A stretch of 64,000 bases of DNA from Podospora anserina (Eukaryota). A model generated the notes under the pieces. That model did no database searches. It saw only the letters and a list, made by a program, of their open reading frames with translations, and was not told where the DNA came from. Numbering within the stretch: the stretch's first letter is position 1; every line of letters begins with the position of its first letter. Shown here one piece after another: positions 32,767 through 46,562 of this stretch. The stretch covers positions 2,232,001 through 2,296,000 of the forward strand of contig CM030336.1 in assembly GCA_017654855.1 (NCBI GenBank), written 5' to 3'. The translations under genes were made by a program, and so were the position numbers.

Positions 32767-35424
32767 ATGTTTGGCAGTAGAACAGCCAGTTCTGCCATGT
32801 CCATTCTGCAGAAGACGTACGATGAGAGTTACCTGACATGTTCTACCGCCGTGTACTATGAGAGCCAGGTAGCCCCAATCCATTCTCCTTTCCGGCGTGC
32901 TTGGTAGACGGCCGCTGACGTATGTTATAACATCAGGGCAACGAGGACGAGGCTATGCGATGTTGGCGACAGGCCCTAGAACAACTATATGACCCTCACG
33001 CGAACAGAATACTCCCCAATTTCAACCCTCGCTCCGAGACGGAGAAGGCGCTGGTCGAGAGTCTTCGTCAGTTGGAACTGCAGTGTAAGGAGCGGATTGA
33101 CCTCCTCGAAGCCCTTCGTCTTTCTCGTCTGTCGGCCCCTCAGCATGACTCGCTGTCTTCCAGCAGCAGGCCCAGCAAATCATCATCCGACTCCCATGAT
33201 GGCGGGATATCTGGGCAACAGGACGGAGGCTGGATCGGGAATGGTACCATCCCTGCCGTTAACTACACCGACTTATCGCGACCAAATACTTTGAGGCGAC
33301 TTTCTTCACAAAACAGGACATCCTCCTCAGAACAGGCTGTTGCAAGCAGCCGCGGACCACAACACGGAAGCATGCCGCCACCCCTCCCTGCTCGAAAGCC
33401 GCTGCCATCGACAGCCTCGATACCGTCGCCCGAAAGAAAGCCCTCGAGAACGTCTAGCCCTGAACGACACACAATGCGCACCACGCTACGTACGGGCACA
33501 AGGGACAAGACACCGAAAGCGACACTGCGACGACAGCCACCAAAATCGTCAGAGGTCCCAGTACCAAGCAAGGCGGCCACCCTAGCCTGGGGCACCTTGG
33601 GCCACCGAGGGAGCCTGGACCAGCCATCAGGAAGCAGCCCCATTTCACGTCCAGCTCCGAACACTCCTACTGTCCCTGAACAGTCACGCAGGAGCCTTGA
33701 GCTATCCAAACGGCTTTGGGACAGCAACTCAAGAAGACTGGTGACGCCTCGAACGAGGAGTCCGAACAAAGACACCGATAGTGCGCCTGCCACAGACCCG
33801 CGGCGCTCTGGAGAGTACCCCTTTCCACGGGCGTCATCGATTTCAATCAGTGCAGCTTCAACCGCTCTGAACGCTTTGGCTCTCAAGGAAAGTAGTGATC
33901 ATCGTTCGCCGGAAAGAGAGCATATCACGAGGCTGAGGACCGCGCCGCCTGAAACTCCGCGAAGTAGGGCGCAGAGGGACATTTTGAACAATGACTCCAA
34001 TATGAGCGAAGGATTACCGGATAAACCGCTAACTAGGAAAACATCGCTGGATTCCGCTACCGTCTCTCGCAGGTCTGCGGGTGCTTCACTCTCAGCGGCG
34101 CGAATCAAGTCCACGCCAACTAGATCTGGTAACAAGAGGAAAACTCCACAGTTGGGAAACAACAGTGATAGGGCCCGACCAAGGAGAAGCTCCTCACCTG
34201 TGCTATCCGAGAGCTCTTCCTCTTCGTTCGAAACCCCTGCCCGGCGACCCTCTGGACAACACAAGCGTTCGACAGTGGAGCGACAGAGAGAAGCTTCACT
34301 TATCGTGGACTCGATCATTCAGCCATCGGAAAGCTCCGAAGACGACGAGCCCACCAAGGAAGTCAAGTCATGGAAAAAGCGCAAGGCGGAGCTCCTCAAG
34401 AAACTGCCGCCTGGGGTGGATGAACACGCCGCAAAGCAGATTCTCAACGAGATCGTCATCCAAGGGGACGAGGTACACTGGAGCGACATTGCGGGGCTCG
34501 AAATAGCCAAAAATGCTCTTCGTGAGACTGTTGTTTATCCGTTTTTGCGGCCGGATTTATTTATGGGGCTGCGTGAACCGGCGAGAGGAATGCTCTTGTT
34601 TGGGCCTCCTGGTACCGGAAAGACGATGCTGGCGAGAGCCGTGGCCACTGAGAGCAAGTCGACCTTCTTCTCCATATCCGCCAGCAGCCTGACCAGTAAA
34701 TATCTGGGGGAATCCGAGAAGCTCGTCAGGGCGCTCTTCAGTTTGGCAAAGGTACTGGCACCGAGCATCATTTTCGTGGATGAAATCGATTCGCTTCTCT
34801 CGCAGCGATCAGGTTCAGGTGAGCATGAGGCCACAAGACGAATCAAGACGGAATTCTTGATTCAGTGGAGTGATCTCCAGCGCGCGGCTGCGGGAAGGGA
34901 GGTTGGCGAACGAGACAAGGAAAGAGGTGATGCAAATAGAGTGCTGGTTCTGGCTGCAACCAATCTGCCATGGGCAATTGACGAGGCAGCGAGACGACGG
35001 TTTGTCAGGCGGCAGTATATACCACTGCCTGAGGCGGAAACGCGGGCGGTGCAGCTGAAGACGCTGCTGAAGCAGCAGACACACACACTGAGTGATGAAG
35101 ACATCAACACATTAGTTGCGATGACAGACGGTAAGTTGGCCCTAATCCTATACGCTATCTGTTTGGTTTTGAACCTGTTGCTGATGCGTCATATCTCAAA
35201 CAGGCTTCTCGGGCTCGGATATCACAGCATTGGCAAAAGATGCTGCGATGGGCCCTCTCAGATCTCTTGGAGACGCCTTACTGCACATGACAGAGAATGA
35301 TATACGGCCGATTGGACTGTCCGATTTTATTGCCAGCTTGGCCACTATCAGACCAAGTGTGAGCAAAGCGGGCCTAAAGGAATACGAAGACTGGGCGAGG
35401 GAGTTTGGAGAGCGTGGTGGATGA
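32767..35424 (+). CDS. Meiotic-clade AAA ATPase (Sap1/Yta6, spastin/fidgetin-like)
   Basis: [10 protein letters not shown], Walker A GPPGTGKT, Walker [30 protein letters not shown], Vps4-like C-terminus YEDWAREFG. Exons 32767-32868, 32937-35130, 35204-35424. Confidence 0.92.
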
Positions 35425-35912
35425 GAAAGTCCCCTTTGGGCCAATAGAAGCATACACTTTACATGTCGAGGCGAGCCTGGAGACTTTTCCTTATCTGTGT
35501 TTTTAAAAGCATAGCTCAGGAGTTCATAGGGGGTTTGTTGCTTTGGTTGGTTGGTTAGTTGGGGGCCAGGCAAGAACATAAACAAAGCAGCCATCTGCTC
35601 GTTAGGAAATAACACGAGTTCCCATAAGCATGCTTCCACAACATGGGGAGACATTATCTCCTGTCGAGCGATTGGCTCTGTCAGCCTTTGTCATGTTTCT
35701 GATGCCTAGTATTTCCACTCTTTGGTATATCTTGATGCTACAAACCTCCACCCAATATTGTATATATGTACACATGCACATGAACCATTCATGTTTCTTC
35801 CTGAAATCGTACACCTTTTTGACAGAGCCTAAAACCCAGACTCCGTCTCCCAATGCCTACTATCTGATGCACCCACCCCACTCCCTAACAATAACCCCAA
35901 GTCTTTTTATTT

Positions 35913-36570
35913 TCATTGCGTTTGCTTGGACAACCACCCGTACTTCTTCTTCGTCCTCGACTCGAGGATCAACGTCAGCGTCTTCAGCTCCTTCTCCACC
36001 TCGGTAGCTTCCGCCTTTACAAACTGCAGAGACCTCTCCGTCTTTTCGGCGACGTCCTTCAGGCTCTTCCTCGCCTCCTTTGCTTCTTTCTTGACCACCC
36101 TTTGCCTCACGAGCTCTTCGGCGGAGGGGATTGGGGGGCGGGCCGAGATGGGGAGGCCGGCGCCGGGGGCGATGATGTGTTTGACTACGTGGCGCTTGGA
36201 CTTGGAGGTGCGCCAGCCGGGGCTGATGGCGATGACGTCGCCCTGGCGGAGGGAGTTGGCGGGGTCGTGGACGAGATAGGTTTTCGGGTCGTCGAAGTGC
36301 TGTTGGTGGTGAAGGAGGGGGAGTAGGTTAGTACAAGTAAGAGGTGAATGGGTCGGTGTTTAGTGGGGTTGAGAAGGAGGAGGAGGAGGGAGGAGGGAGG
36401 GGGAGTGGTTTGGTGGTATATAGTACCTTCTTGAGGAAGTTGTTCCACTTTAGCCCTCCCACGCGCACTTTGACCGTCTTGTCGATCAGCCCTGCGGTGA
36501 CGACTACGCCGTGAATCTCCCGCATGGAGTTCAGCTGGGCGAGGTTCTTGGCTATTGAGGAGGAGGCCAT
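35913..36570 (-). CDS. MRPS17: Mitochondrial ribosomal protein uS17m
   Basis: GVVVTAGLIDKTVKVRV...KKHFDDPKTYLVHDPANSLRQGDVIAITPGWRTSKSKRHVVKHII-like S17 fold. Exons 36570-36427 and 36299-35913; charged coiled-coil C-terminal extension. Confidence 0.88.
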
Positions 36571-37290
36571 CTTGATATGTGTGTTGATGTGTGCGTGTCT
36601 GTGGCCCCCAAAAGCCAACTGCTTTTCTCCAAGTTTCCTCCTCCTTTTGGTTTGGCGACCTCTTCAACGTCTCGGTTCTCGGGTACTCTTGTTGTGGGGG
36701 ATCTGAGCCGGTGGTTTGGGAATTTGGCGGGTTGGCGGAGTCGCAGTAGCTCAGAGTTCGCAAAATGAGGCTGTCGTCTCCCAAAATTTTGGAGGCTGCA
36801 CTACCAAAAGCCGGAGTGGACGTTGAGATGGACCGGGGTTAGGCGAACCACCGTGCGGGTCATTCCTGTAAAGATGCCCGCCAGCCTGTGTGCCAAGACT
36901 TTCCTTCTGCACTGTGGACGAAAGCTCAGCCTTGTGCGCTCTGTGCCCCTGTTTCTCTCAACGCAATTGAAAAGGGGTGAATGCAAACATCGAGATTACA
37001 TCGCCAAAGATAGAGCACAAGCTCGCCCCAACACATATTCCCATAAAACACAGCAGTTAAAAATTAGAATTATTGTAGCTATCTTGCGCAGTGCACTAGG
37101 AAAACGCCTTGCGCTGTGCCCTTGTCCCGTTGATGCCATTGTAGAAAAAGTGTATGCTTAGTTGTCCCCTCGTTACCATAAATTCGTGATTGCAAACAGT
37201 TCCCCTAATCCAAAATCCCACACCTTTATTGCAACTCCCATGAGGGTAAGTATCCAACACCCCTCAAGTTACCGATTGAGCTGCAGCTGG

Positions 37291-38937
37291 TCAAGAAACT
37301 GGTGCAGGGCCAATCGGTGATGGCGTTTCGGACGGCGTCCGAACCTCAGCGCCAACTGCGGCTATAATTTTGGCCCTCCTTCGTGGTGGCGGGAGTTTCG
37401 GTGGCATCTTTTTCTGACCAGCCCCATTGACGTGCAAGTGAGGTACAGGCACCGGTGGATGAACGACAGGAACCCCGTGCTTATGTCGGGGCACTTCTGG
37501 CAGTGATTTCTGCGCCCTCAGAGTCCTAGGTGGCGGCGGTCTGGGTGGGCTGCCTCCATGCTCGGATTTGCCCTTGGCCTGCGCTGCCATATCCGACTTG
37601 CGACTAGGTGTCTTCACTCCGGGTTTCTCGGACACTTTGGCGATAACACTCACGGCACTACCGGTTTGTGACAGCGAGAGGCTGCCGATTGGACTGAGTG
37701 ACGGAGATTCCGGCTCTTCTTCAGCCAGCCATGGGGTGCTGGCTACTCTGTCGAGCAGGCGTATTGTTGTCGGTTCGGGAGGCATAAAGTGCGCATTGCC
37801 GGTGCCTCGCAGGATGTCGATGAGACTGAGAATCTGACCCCTTTTGTAATGAGGCGGTTTGCTGAGTTGAGTATGAGCGAGCAAAGGGGCAAGTACCCTC
37901 AAGTAAGTGTGTCTCAAAATGTCCATCTCGCTCGGCAAATCAAGCAAGTTCCGTATGATGACATCCAGCAGCACATGGAGATCATTTGTGTAAAAATACT
38001 CGTACGTCGCAGATGTGGTAAAAAGCAGGTACAGCAGTTTGAGAATGAGCAGCTGCTGAGAGGTCTCTGTTTCTCGGTTGAGAAGCAGTATGATATTCTC
38101 TCCAAAGGTTCGATAGGAATCTCCATGAACGCCAAGAAGTTTGATGACGCGATTGGTGGTGGGCGAGATGGATGATGGTTCTGTCGCTGCCGATGTCGCT
38201 GCCACCATGTACTGTTCATTCAACACCAGCTGAAAGGCAGTTAGCGATAAAATTCCCAGAGCGATGAAATTCGGTAGCATTTACCAAAACCCGAATAACA
38301 GAATAGTGGTAAGGATCATTGGCGTCATCGGCTAGGGCTTCGATGAGTTGGAAGAGATACGTGACGAAGCCATCGTCAATTTGCATCAAATCCTCGTCCC
38401 GTAGCCGTTCAATGCGGGACATCTCATACATCAGCTGTAACAGAAGCCGATGTAATCGGGAATCCTTTCCCCCACACCCCTTGATCAACTCCAGCAACCG
38501 CACAAAGCACCCTTCCTTGATCATTTGTCGGAAGGTCTCCTCCTCGGCGCGGCCGTCGGACAGGAGAAAGTTGGCAATAACGTGGAGCGGCGCATACTCA
38601 TCCTCCTGAAGCAGACTGTATATGATTTGGGTTCGCACATAGTCCTTATTGACAGAAAACAGCGGGCTGTGTATTAACTGCTCGGAACAATTCGCAATCT
38701 CGTCCTCGTCGTCGAGGTATTCGTCCCGGGCCTTGGAAACCAAATCAAGCCATGAGCGCAAGGCGTTATCGAGAAGCTCGTAAGAATCGCATGGTGCAGA
38801 GAGGATCTGATTCAAGGCTGCAAAGATGGATCGCAATCAGCATGTTGTGTCTTGGGTCGAGCTGCCGTACATTCTTCTTTACCTGCCCAAAATTGCTGCT
38901 CATTCTCAGCAGTCCAAGTGCCTTGGACATCGGCCAT
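37291..38937 (-). CDS. LDB17: Ldb17/Dip1 (WISH/DIP/SPIN90 family, DUF2013) Arp2/3 activator-like protein with Pro-rich tail
   Basis: [18 protein letters not shown] exon1; [65 protein letters not shown]-terminal PPRPPPPR. Two introns. Confidence 0.82.
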
Positions 38938-39493
38938 GTTCTCAGACGAGCCAGTGTTGTGAATGCAAATGGGTCATCACGATGGCTAGGTGTCCAGGTC
39001 GCATATAAGGAATTCCGAGAGGCGCAATGCACTTTGCGGTAAGACAATCCGGTGATCAGGGCGTTTTGTAGTTGGACTTGGGATGGTCCGCCTGACTGGT
39101 GGCTCTCTTGTGTTGGAGGGGTTGAAGCACTGCCCGTGACGGATCGAAACTCCCAATCTTCGGTTTGGCTGCCGAGACTCACGTTTCGCATGCACGGGCC
39201 ACCTAATTAAGCCGGGATGACGTCGAATGGGTAGTGCCAGTGTCTTGGGTCCCTCTCGTCTTTTATCATGATCAATCATATCGATAGGTATTCTTCCTGT
39301 TCTAAGCCTATCTAACCTGCTCCATGTATCTCCGCCACACATTAATCTTCAGTCAGCGTATCAACTGAAACGATAGACAACAGCCGCCAAACTATGCAAA
39401 AAACCAACACGTCCTTTGAACGCCCCCAACCATGAAAATACCCAGATCTATCATGTCATGAACCCTCCCCCCATCATCATACAGACACAACTG

Positions 39494-41448
39494 CTATTCT
39501 TCCTCGTATATTTTGGCCCGTTCCGCATACTCTCGGATGCTGCTGACCACATAATCCTGAATTTCCCCGCCCCTGCCAGCCGCAATTCTCAGGATGAGCT
39601 CGTTGAGGTTGGACCTCCCCAAAATGTCAACGTGATCCGCCGTATTGGGTCCGCCACGAGGATTGAACCTTTCAGGTTCGTGTGGCATCTCCACCACAGT
39701 CACTTTCGCACCAGCTGGGTTGTACCGCTTCATATTCCACCCCTTGTTGCACATATACCCGGTACTCATCAGGTTTACTGTCCCATCTCCTTCACCCATG
39801 ACAACACCGTGATCGACATCGCCTTGGATGAGGGCAGTGTCAATGGTCATGTTCAAGTTAGTGAGAGCTCCAAGCTCGGGAGAGCGGTAGTAGTAGGCCC
39901 GTTCGGTGGGCTTCCCTACGCCATAGAAACAGTACACCTTGAGGCTAGGGGCGAGAGGCAGACGAGTTTCGAGAGGGTTGATCCATTTCCTGGGATCAAG
40001 TTCGTTGGCTGTGACCTCCTTCATAGTGTGTGCTACGCCCTGGGAATAACTTCTTTTGACCAAATCCCGATACCAATCATCAGTCGTGTCGTATAGGTAT
40101 TGCATTGCATCGTCCACCGTAAAGTTTGTCTTTGGTATCGTCCAGTTCTGGTTGGTTCGAAAGTTGAGGAATGAACCAAAGCTCACTGCTTGACCGGGCT
40201 GGTCATCAGGTGCCCCATCAAGATCTCCCCAAATGGCATTGCCTCCCATTGGCAACATTGAGGACATGCCAGGCATGGCACGGAATATCTCGGCTCTCTC
40301 CTCTTTGCTAAGAAACTTCTCCAGTCCATACACTGCGAAAGCATTCAGTTGCGCCGTGTCACGCATCTCGCCCGATAATATCGCTGCGACATCCTTGACG
40401 GCCCCAAGCATGCATCCACTGACGTTGATCCATGAGTCAACATGTCTCTCCACCCAGTCGTCACCACCTCTGCCGCCCTGCTCAGAGGCTACCCAGTGGA
40501 AAAAGTAGAAGACCACTTGGCTGCCCATGCTGTGTGATGTGAGGACAACCTTCTTGTTATCCAGCTTGACGGCCATCTCAATATGGGCTTTCAGTCTAGA
40601 GAAGTACTGGTCTCTCATCTCCAAGTTCGGGTACGCTAGCCGCCAGTCGTACGCTGCCGTGAACGAGTTGGTCGGGTCATAACCCAAGGACGCTAGGTTT
40701 TCGATGATCTTGTTCCAAATCCAGTACCCGGTAATAAAGAAGTCAGTCGCGTCGAAGCCTTGTGCCGCCCTCAGTTTGATCCCCGGTGGGTCCAGCCCAG
40801 TTGTATGGTCCAACATGATGTGCCTCTTCCAATTCTCCTTGTCCATGACCAATGCCCTCATCATGCTCCAACTGCCCCAAAGCCGTTTCCGAAAATAAGG
40901 TAGCGATTCATTAGACGTTCCCCAGGACTCGAGACCAGTCGAAATAACACCGGGAATTAGAACCATTGGATGGTGTGACGATAGGCCTTCGGAGCGAACC
41001 TTGAGGCCTACAGAGAAGGCATCGTAGCTTTCGAGAAAATCGCGTTCGCCATTCTGTCATGCGGGTGATCCATTAGCTTGACAGGTAATCATATAAAATT
41101 CCAGAGCGTGTGTGATTTACTCACCACCAGCTCGCGCATATCCTTGACAAAACCTGCAGGAAGAATCTCGAACAAGTTGTCCATACTCAAGTCCCCGAGC
41201 TCGGGGAACTCGAAACCGATAAGATCATTGCTTTTTGCAAAGAAACCGGCCGCAATGATACCAAACAAACTCCCGAGAAAGAAAATACCCGTTGTCTTCC
41301 TCTTTCGTGTTTCCTTTCGTTTGTGGACGACCTTGACTTTCTCGCCGGGTCTGACGGGGCTTTGGTTGCGAGGTGTCTGTGCGGGTGAAGGTTCGGTAGG
41401 TGTGTCGTTGCCGTTGCCGAACACTCGTCGCCGCAGAGTGCTGGCCAT
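39494..41448 (-). CDS. LRO1: Phospholipid:diacylglycerol acyltransferase (PDAT)
   Basis: MASTLRRR start, one TM helix, HPMVLIPGVISTGLESW, AAYDWRL, catalytic SHSMG, GDGTV, DHVDILG. Exons 41448-41125 and 41053-39494. Confidence 0.95.
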
Positions 41449-42423
41449 CTCGAGACTGGTTTGGGCGGTGACTAGTGCGTTGTGGTGTGAATGCACCGTG
41501 GATGGGTAGACTTCAAGGAGGTGGTTCAGAATATCCAAATACTGAGGAGCGCGGCGGCCCCTCCGCTTCAGCTCTCAACAGCAAGTCCGGGTGGGGCAAG
41601 GGATCTTTGACTGCCGGTTTCGCTCCTGCTTGTCACCCATCGACATGTAGATTTGCTTCGGCTCGATGTTGATACCGGGGAATCTGTGTCGGCATTTTCT
41701 AGAACACCGAAAAAGAAAAAGAAGCGATCATAGCCGGGTTTTGTTTCGTCATTCTTAATTATCCGATCCACGTCGTTGTGATTTGCTCTCCGCGCCCGTG
41801 TCGATGTACTCGGTACTGGGCTATTGTTTGCGCCTCTGCTTTAAAATAGACACCAGGCGCATCCATCCAAGAGACTTTGGCTTCAAATGTTATTTCAAAG
41901 TATAATCTATCATATAGGTTATCTTTTATCTGAGATCAGCACTTTAAGCTTCTCACTGAGACAAGGTTGTCTCTTGTAGATCCAAGTATCGACTACCGAA
42001 GAATGCATGTTGAAGACTGCCGTTTCCTGACAGGTGGGTTGACAGGCACGACAGGGATGCTGCACGGGGTTTGGAGAAGTCGACCCATTGGGGGAAACGG
42101 GACGAGGGGGCCCAATGCTTGCCATGCGATTGGGACATGGCATGTGAAAGTTCAATGACGAAGACCCTGGGACGAGCAAGCGTTCGTCAGATCTTTTGCC
42201 AGCGCAACCTCCCCGCTTCCAACACCGCGCCTACAGTCGACAACCGTCACCAAACCCCCCTTCCACGACAAGCGAACCTCAACATATACGACACGAACCC
42301 CTTCTCTCCACTCATCCTCAACGTGCGCATCATCTTTTATTTCCGCTTTCGAGGCTGCTGCTCGCTATTCGCGGCCCATTTGCTCACGCACTCGGAGAGC
42401 AGCGGACCGCATCAGTCTTCCGC

Positions 42424-43085
42424 ATGGAACAGAGCTCGCGCGTCGAACAACTCCCACGGGAACTGAAGTACATACAATATGAGCATCGTCTCGAGACTCA
42501 ATATCTACCGGCAATCCGCGCCTTGATCTCCAAGGACCTCAGCGAGCCCTACAGCATCTATGTCTACCGCTACTTTCTCTACCAATGGGGCCATCTGTGT
42601 TACCTTGTAAGCCCATCCGACGGTCTTCCCCCCCTCTCCTCTCGACCCGCGAATCCATTTCCGACGGCCCTAACCCCGCATCTCTCTCGTCCCAGGCTAT
42701 CGACCCTGAAGACTCCTCCCTAGTTGGCGTCATAATCTGCAAGCTCGAAGCCCATGCCTCCCATTCGCCCCCCACCTTGCGGGGATATATCGCTATGCTC
42801 GCCGTGTCATCTGCCTACCGCGGACATGGCGTGGCAACGACACTGGTCAAGATGGCCATCGACTCTATGAAGAGCCGCAATGCCGACGAGGTGGTTCTTG
42901 AGACAGAAGAGACAAATATTCCCGCAATGAGGCTATATGAGCGGTTGGGCTTCCTGAGATCCAAGAAACTCCATCGCTACTACCTAAACGGCAATAGCGC
43001 ATACAGGCTGGTCCTTTTGTTGAGGCCAATTGATCCGGACTCGGCGGCCGATCTGGCGTTGGACGATGCTGATATTTATCGATGA
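42424..43085 (+). CDS. MAK3: NatC catalytic N-terminal acetyltransferase Mak3/Naa30
   Basis: LISKDLSEPYSIYVYRYFLYQW, RGYIAMLAV, YRGHGVA, LYERLGFLRSKKLHRYYLNGNSAYRL. Intron 42607-42695. Confidence 0.95.
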
Positions 43086-43666
43086 TGGATGTCTGGGCGC
43101 CCACCAAAACAGTTACGGAACATGTGGTAGCCGTGATAGGGACATGCAAACGGTGTTCGGGAAGATATGGCGCTCAACGAGTAGAATATTCAGAAGCTCT
43201 TGCGCATCAAACGCCGACGGTCAAGATGATGGGACGGTTCATATTCACCTGGAAGTTGTGGCTTGAAATACAGCCATGGCTTGCCCCAAGAGGCTCATCA
43301 ATTGGGAAGCACCAAAAGATACGAGGGGGCTTATTACATAGTCGACCAGGTCGCATATCCTCTGACAGAACTTTCAGGAACACATCATGAGAGAGATTTG
43401 GCGGGTCACACCATATCCTCACAGCTAACTCACCCAAAACGAACAAACCTGCCGGGATAAGAGGTAGAAGGACGGAGCAGCGCCAGGCGAGGAAATAGAG
43501 GACTGAAAAGTTTACTTTGTGTTCATATTACTATTAAGGGAAACATGCGTTTCCGGTCCTTACAAAAATATCAAATCGCTAGCTCCAGTGTGGTATCATC
43601 CTGCTCCCTCCTCGGGGTAGTTGCCGGCTCGAACAAACATTCTCTTGTGCAGAGACACGGGGGAGC

Positions 43667-44771
43667 TCAAAACGTCCTCTTCCCGGTGACTTCTTTGATG
43701 TACTCAAATTTCTCTTTCGAGTTGTACTAAAATTGTATCGTTAGCATGCACGGAAACTCGACGAGGTTCCGCTGAACCAGCCAACTCACCAAGGAAGCTT
43801 TGATCCCCCATTCATTTTCCCCATATATTCCCAGTTCGGTCCAAGCATCTACAGCATCGTTCGTCAGTGTCATGCTCGAGAGACCGTCAACCGCCCCGAC
43901 GCACCAGCCTTGTAGTAGATCTGCCTCGCTCCCGGGCCCTGCTTCACCAACTCCAGCTCTTTCATCCTCCTCAACACTCTCGCCACATCATCCTTATCCG
44001 TAAAATCCTCAGTATAGATGCATATCAGTCTCTCTTTCTTCTCAGCGTGCCCATCATCATACCCCGCAGGCATCCTCGTCGCCACCTTGGCCGCAGTCCC
44101 CAACTGATGATTCGCCACCGCCCTGGCAACCTTCTTCCACGTATCATTAACGAACGCTACGTCCGGGAACAGCATCCATTTCCCAGAAGTCTCGCGGCAC
44201 TCCACCGCTAGCTGTTTTAGGTCCTCTATTGTCTCCTTTCTGGCCACGGCAATGTGTCGTTTGGCGACCAGGGGAGAGTTGGGGTAGGCAGCGGTGGTCT
44301 TGTCAATGAAGGATTTGAACAGGTCAAGACGTTCACGGCCGGCTCTCATAAAGCGGTCGTGGTCGGAGGGGGGACGGGGAGGGAGGTAGGGGTTGGCGAT
44401 GAAGATCCATTCTAGGCCAAAGCGGCAGTTGGTTGTGGCTGGGGGTAGGCGGGCGAGGAACTGGGGGATGGATTCTGTGAGTTGGTAGGCGGCGTGGGGG
44501 ATATGGGCGTAGGTGTTGTGAAGGCGTCCTGAGGCTAGAGGGGACTGGGAGGTGGATTCCGAAGGGGTGATCCGGGAGGTGATGAGTTTGGTGCGTGCTT
44601 CTTGGGAGGACCAGTAAGAAGGTGTGTTGTAGGCGGCAACTCGGGACTTGAGCCTGGAGACGGTTTTGGGGGAGCCTGGGGGGCGTGTTAGTGGTGGTGT
44701 GATAAGATCGGTGGGCGATATGCATGATGAGCTGGCTGACCGTAGAAGTCCGAATCGTCGGAGTCATCCAT
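43667..44771 (-). CDS. DUF1917 (BLES03/C11orf68-like, eIF4E-like fold) protein
   Basis: Exon1 MDDSDDSDFY, then FLARLPP, WIFIANP, SGKWMLF, W..VARAV...LGTAAKVA, RLICIYTEDFTDKDDVARVL, IYYK, WGIKASLY. Three introns; stop TGA at 43669-43667. Confidence 0.8.
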
Positions 44772-45252
44772 TTTCTCACGCCAAAAGAGTTGTATATCTG
44801 GATGTTCCTGACCGCTGCTAAAGAAAATAGAGATTACAGTCTTGATCCTCCGTTTGTGAGCGGGTTTGTATTGGGTTGGGTTTTGATCAGTTTAGGTTAA
44901 AGCTGAGCTATGAATGAGCTGGTGGAGTCTCAAATATGCAGGCACCCATCAACTTTGGCGGCCCTGAGATACACTAATCATGGAGGAAGATGATCTGGAA
45001 AGATAAACGCATGGTGTTTTGAAAGAATCGAGAAAGTAAAATAGTCATGGGATTCCAGGCAAGTCGGTCTGGCGAGGCTTGGGGCGTTCTTCATTCAGAA
45101 CTGACCAATCCGATGCGCCGGGGATAATTGTCAAGTCCCGAAAAAGAAAGTGCGACCAGCATCAAATCTTGAGTGTCTTCACACCTCACAGGCCCCAGCG
45201 CACCACCCTTGTTCTCAAGGTCATCCGCTTTTAAAGTGTTACACGGAGTAAA

Positions 45253-46562
45253 ATGGAAGAAGATTCGGGCAAGCTGATCAATTCAGTTTGGTCACGGGAG
45301 TTGGATCTTCCACCAAGTTGTGTTGAGTTCTGCCCAGCTCACCCGTCTTACTTTCTGGTCGGGACCTACAATCTACAGAAAGACGAAGTTGATGCGCACA
45401 CGCCAGAGCAAGACGCCGGTGATGATGACAACAAAGACGACGCGAAGTCACAGGCTGCTAAGCCAAAGAAAGCTCAAAGTCGAAATGGAAGCATCCTCGT
45501 CTTCCAATTACAGGACGATAACAACATGTGAGTCACTAGATCCAGCTCGGGTTCTGCTTCACACCTAACCCTTCTCAAAGAGTTCCTATTCAAACTGAGC
45601 CTCAGCCATCTGCTTTGCTGGATCTTCATTTCAACCCGATTGAGGGATTTTGGGACATTTGCGCAACGGTCTCAAGTACGGCTACCCTTGCCATCTTCAA
45701 GCTCTCGCCCGGTCCTGAAGATGACAAGCCTTTAAAGCATCTAAACACGATGGACATTTCATCGTTGTCAGGAGGGGATATTTCTGCTTCGGATGGGTCG
45801 GAAATATTGTTTCTATCTGTTTGCTGGCACCCATCCCGAGCAGATATGCTGGCGGTTACCACTAATACCGGCCATGTCTACTTGGTGCATCTGCCAGCTT
45901 GGGACAAGGGCTGGAAACTTCTGCCAGAGCCGGCGACCACTCACACATTGGAGGCCTGGACGGTGAACCTATCGCCTTATCTCGGGTCCACTGACTCGCC
46001 AGAAGAAGTATCTTTCAGAACATTCTCGGGGGGTGATGACTCCAAACTGCGTTTTGGAACAGTTATCTGGAGTCCCTCAGACGATCATCTCACTGAGACT
46101 ATTTCTGCTGTCGAGGCCAGGGGTCATGATGCTGGAGTAACAGCAATCTTGCCTCTCTTTGTCCTAGAAGATGGATCGGAGCTGCTTGTCACAGGGAGTT
46201 ATGATGAGAATATCAGACTCTTTTCACTGGCTCCATATGGGAGGCCCAAAAACCTCGTCGAGATGGGACTTGGGGGAGGTGTGTGGAGGCTGAAATTAAT
46301 CAATCTTGACAAGACACCGAGCCCGACCTACAACTGGAGGGCACGGATATTGGCATCATGCATGCATGCCGGCTCGAGGGTGGTGGATGTTCTGCAAACC
46401 GTGGATGGAGAGCACCATGTTCGAGTTCTTGGCCGGTTTGAGGAACACAAGAGCATGAACTATGGAAGCGACTTTCATCCCCAGAGAAAAGACAGCTTGA
46501 CAGTTGTGTCGACTAGTTTCTATGATAGGCTCCTCTGTTTGTGGCAACTAGATATAGCATGA
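45253..46562 (+). CDS. DPH7: Diphthine methylesterase Dph7/Rrt2 (WD40)
   Basis: LDLPPSCVEFCP...LVGTYNL, HTLEAW, FSGGDDS, HDAGVTAI, TGSYDE, LGGGVWRLK, SCMHAG, EHKSMNYG, STSFYDRLLCLW. Intron 45528-45580. Confidence 0.88.
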
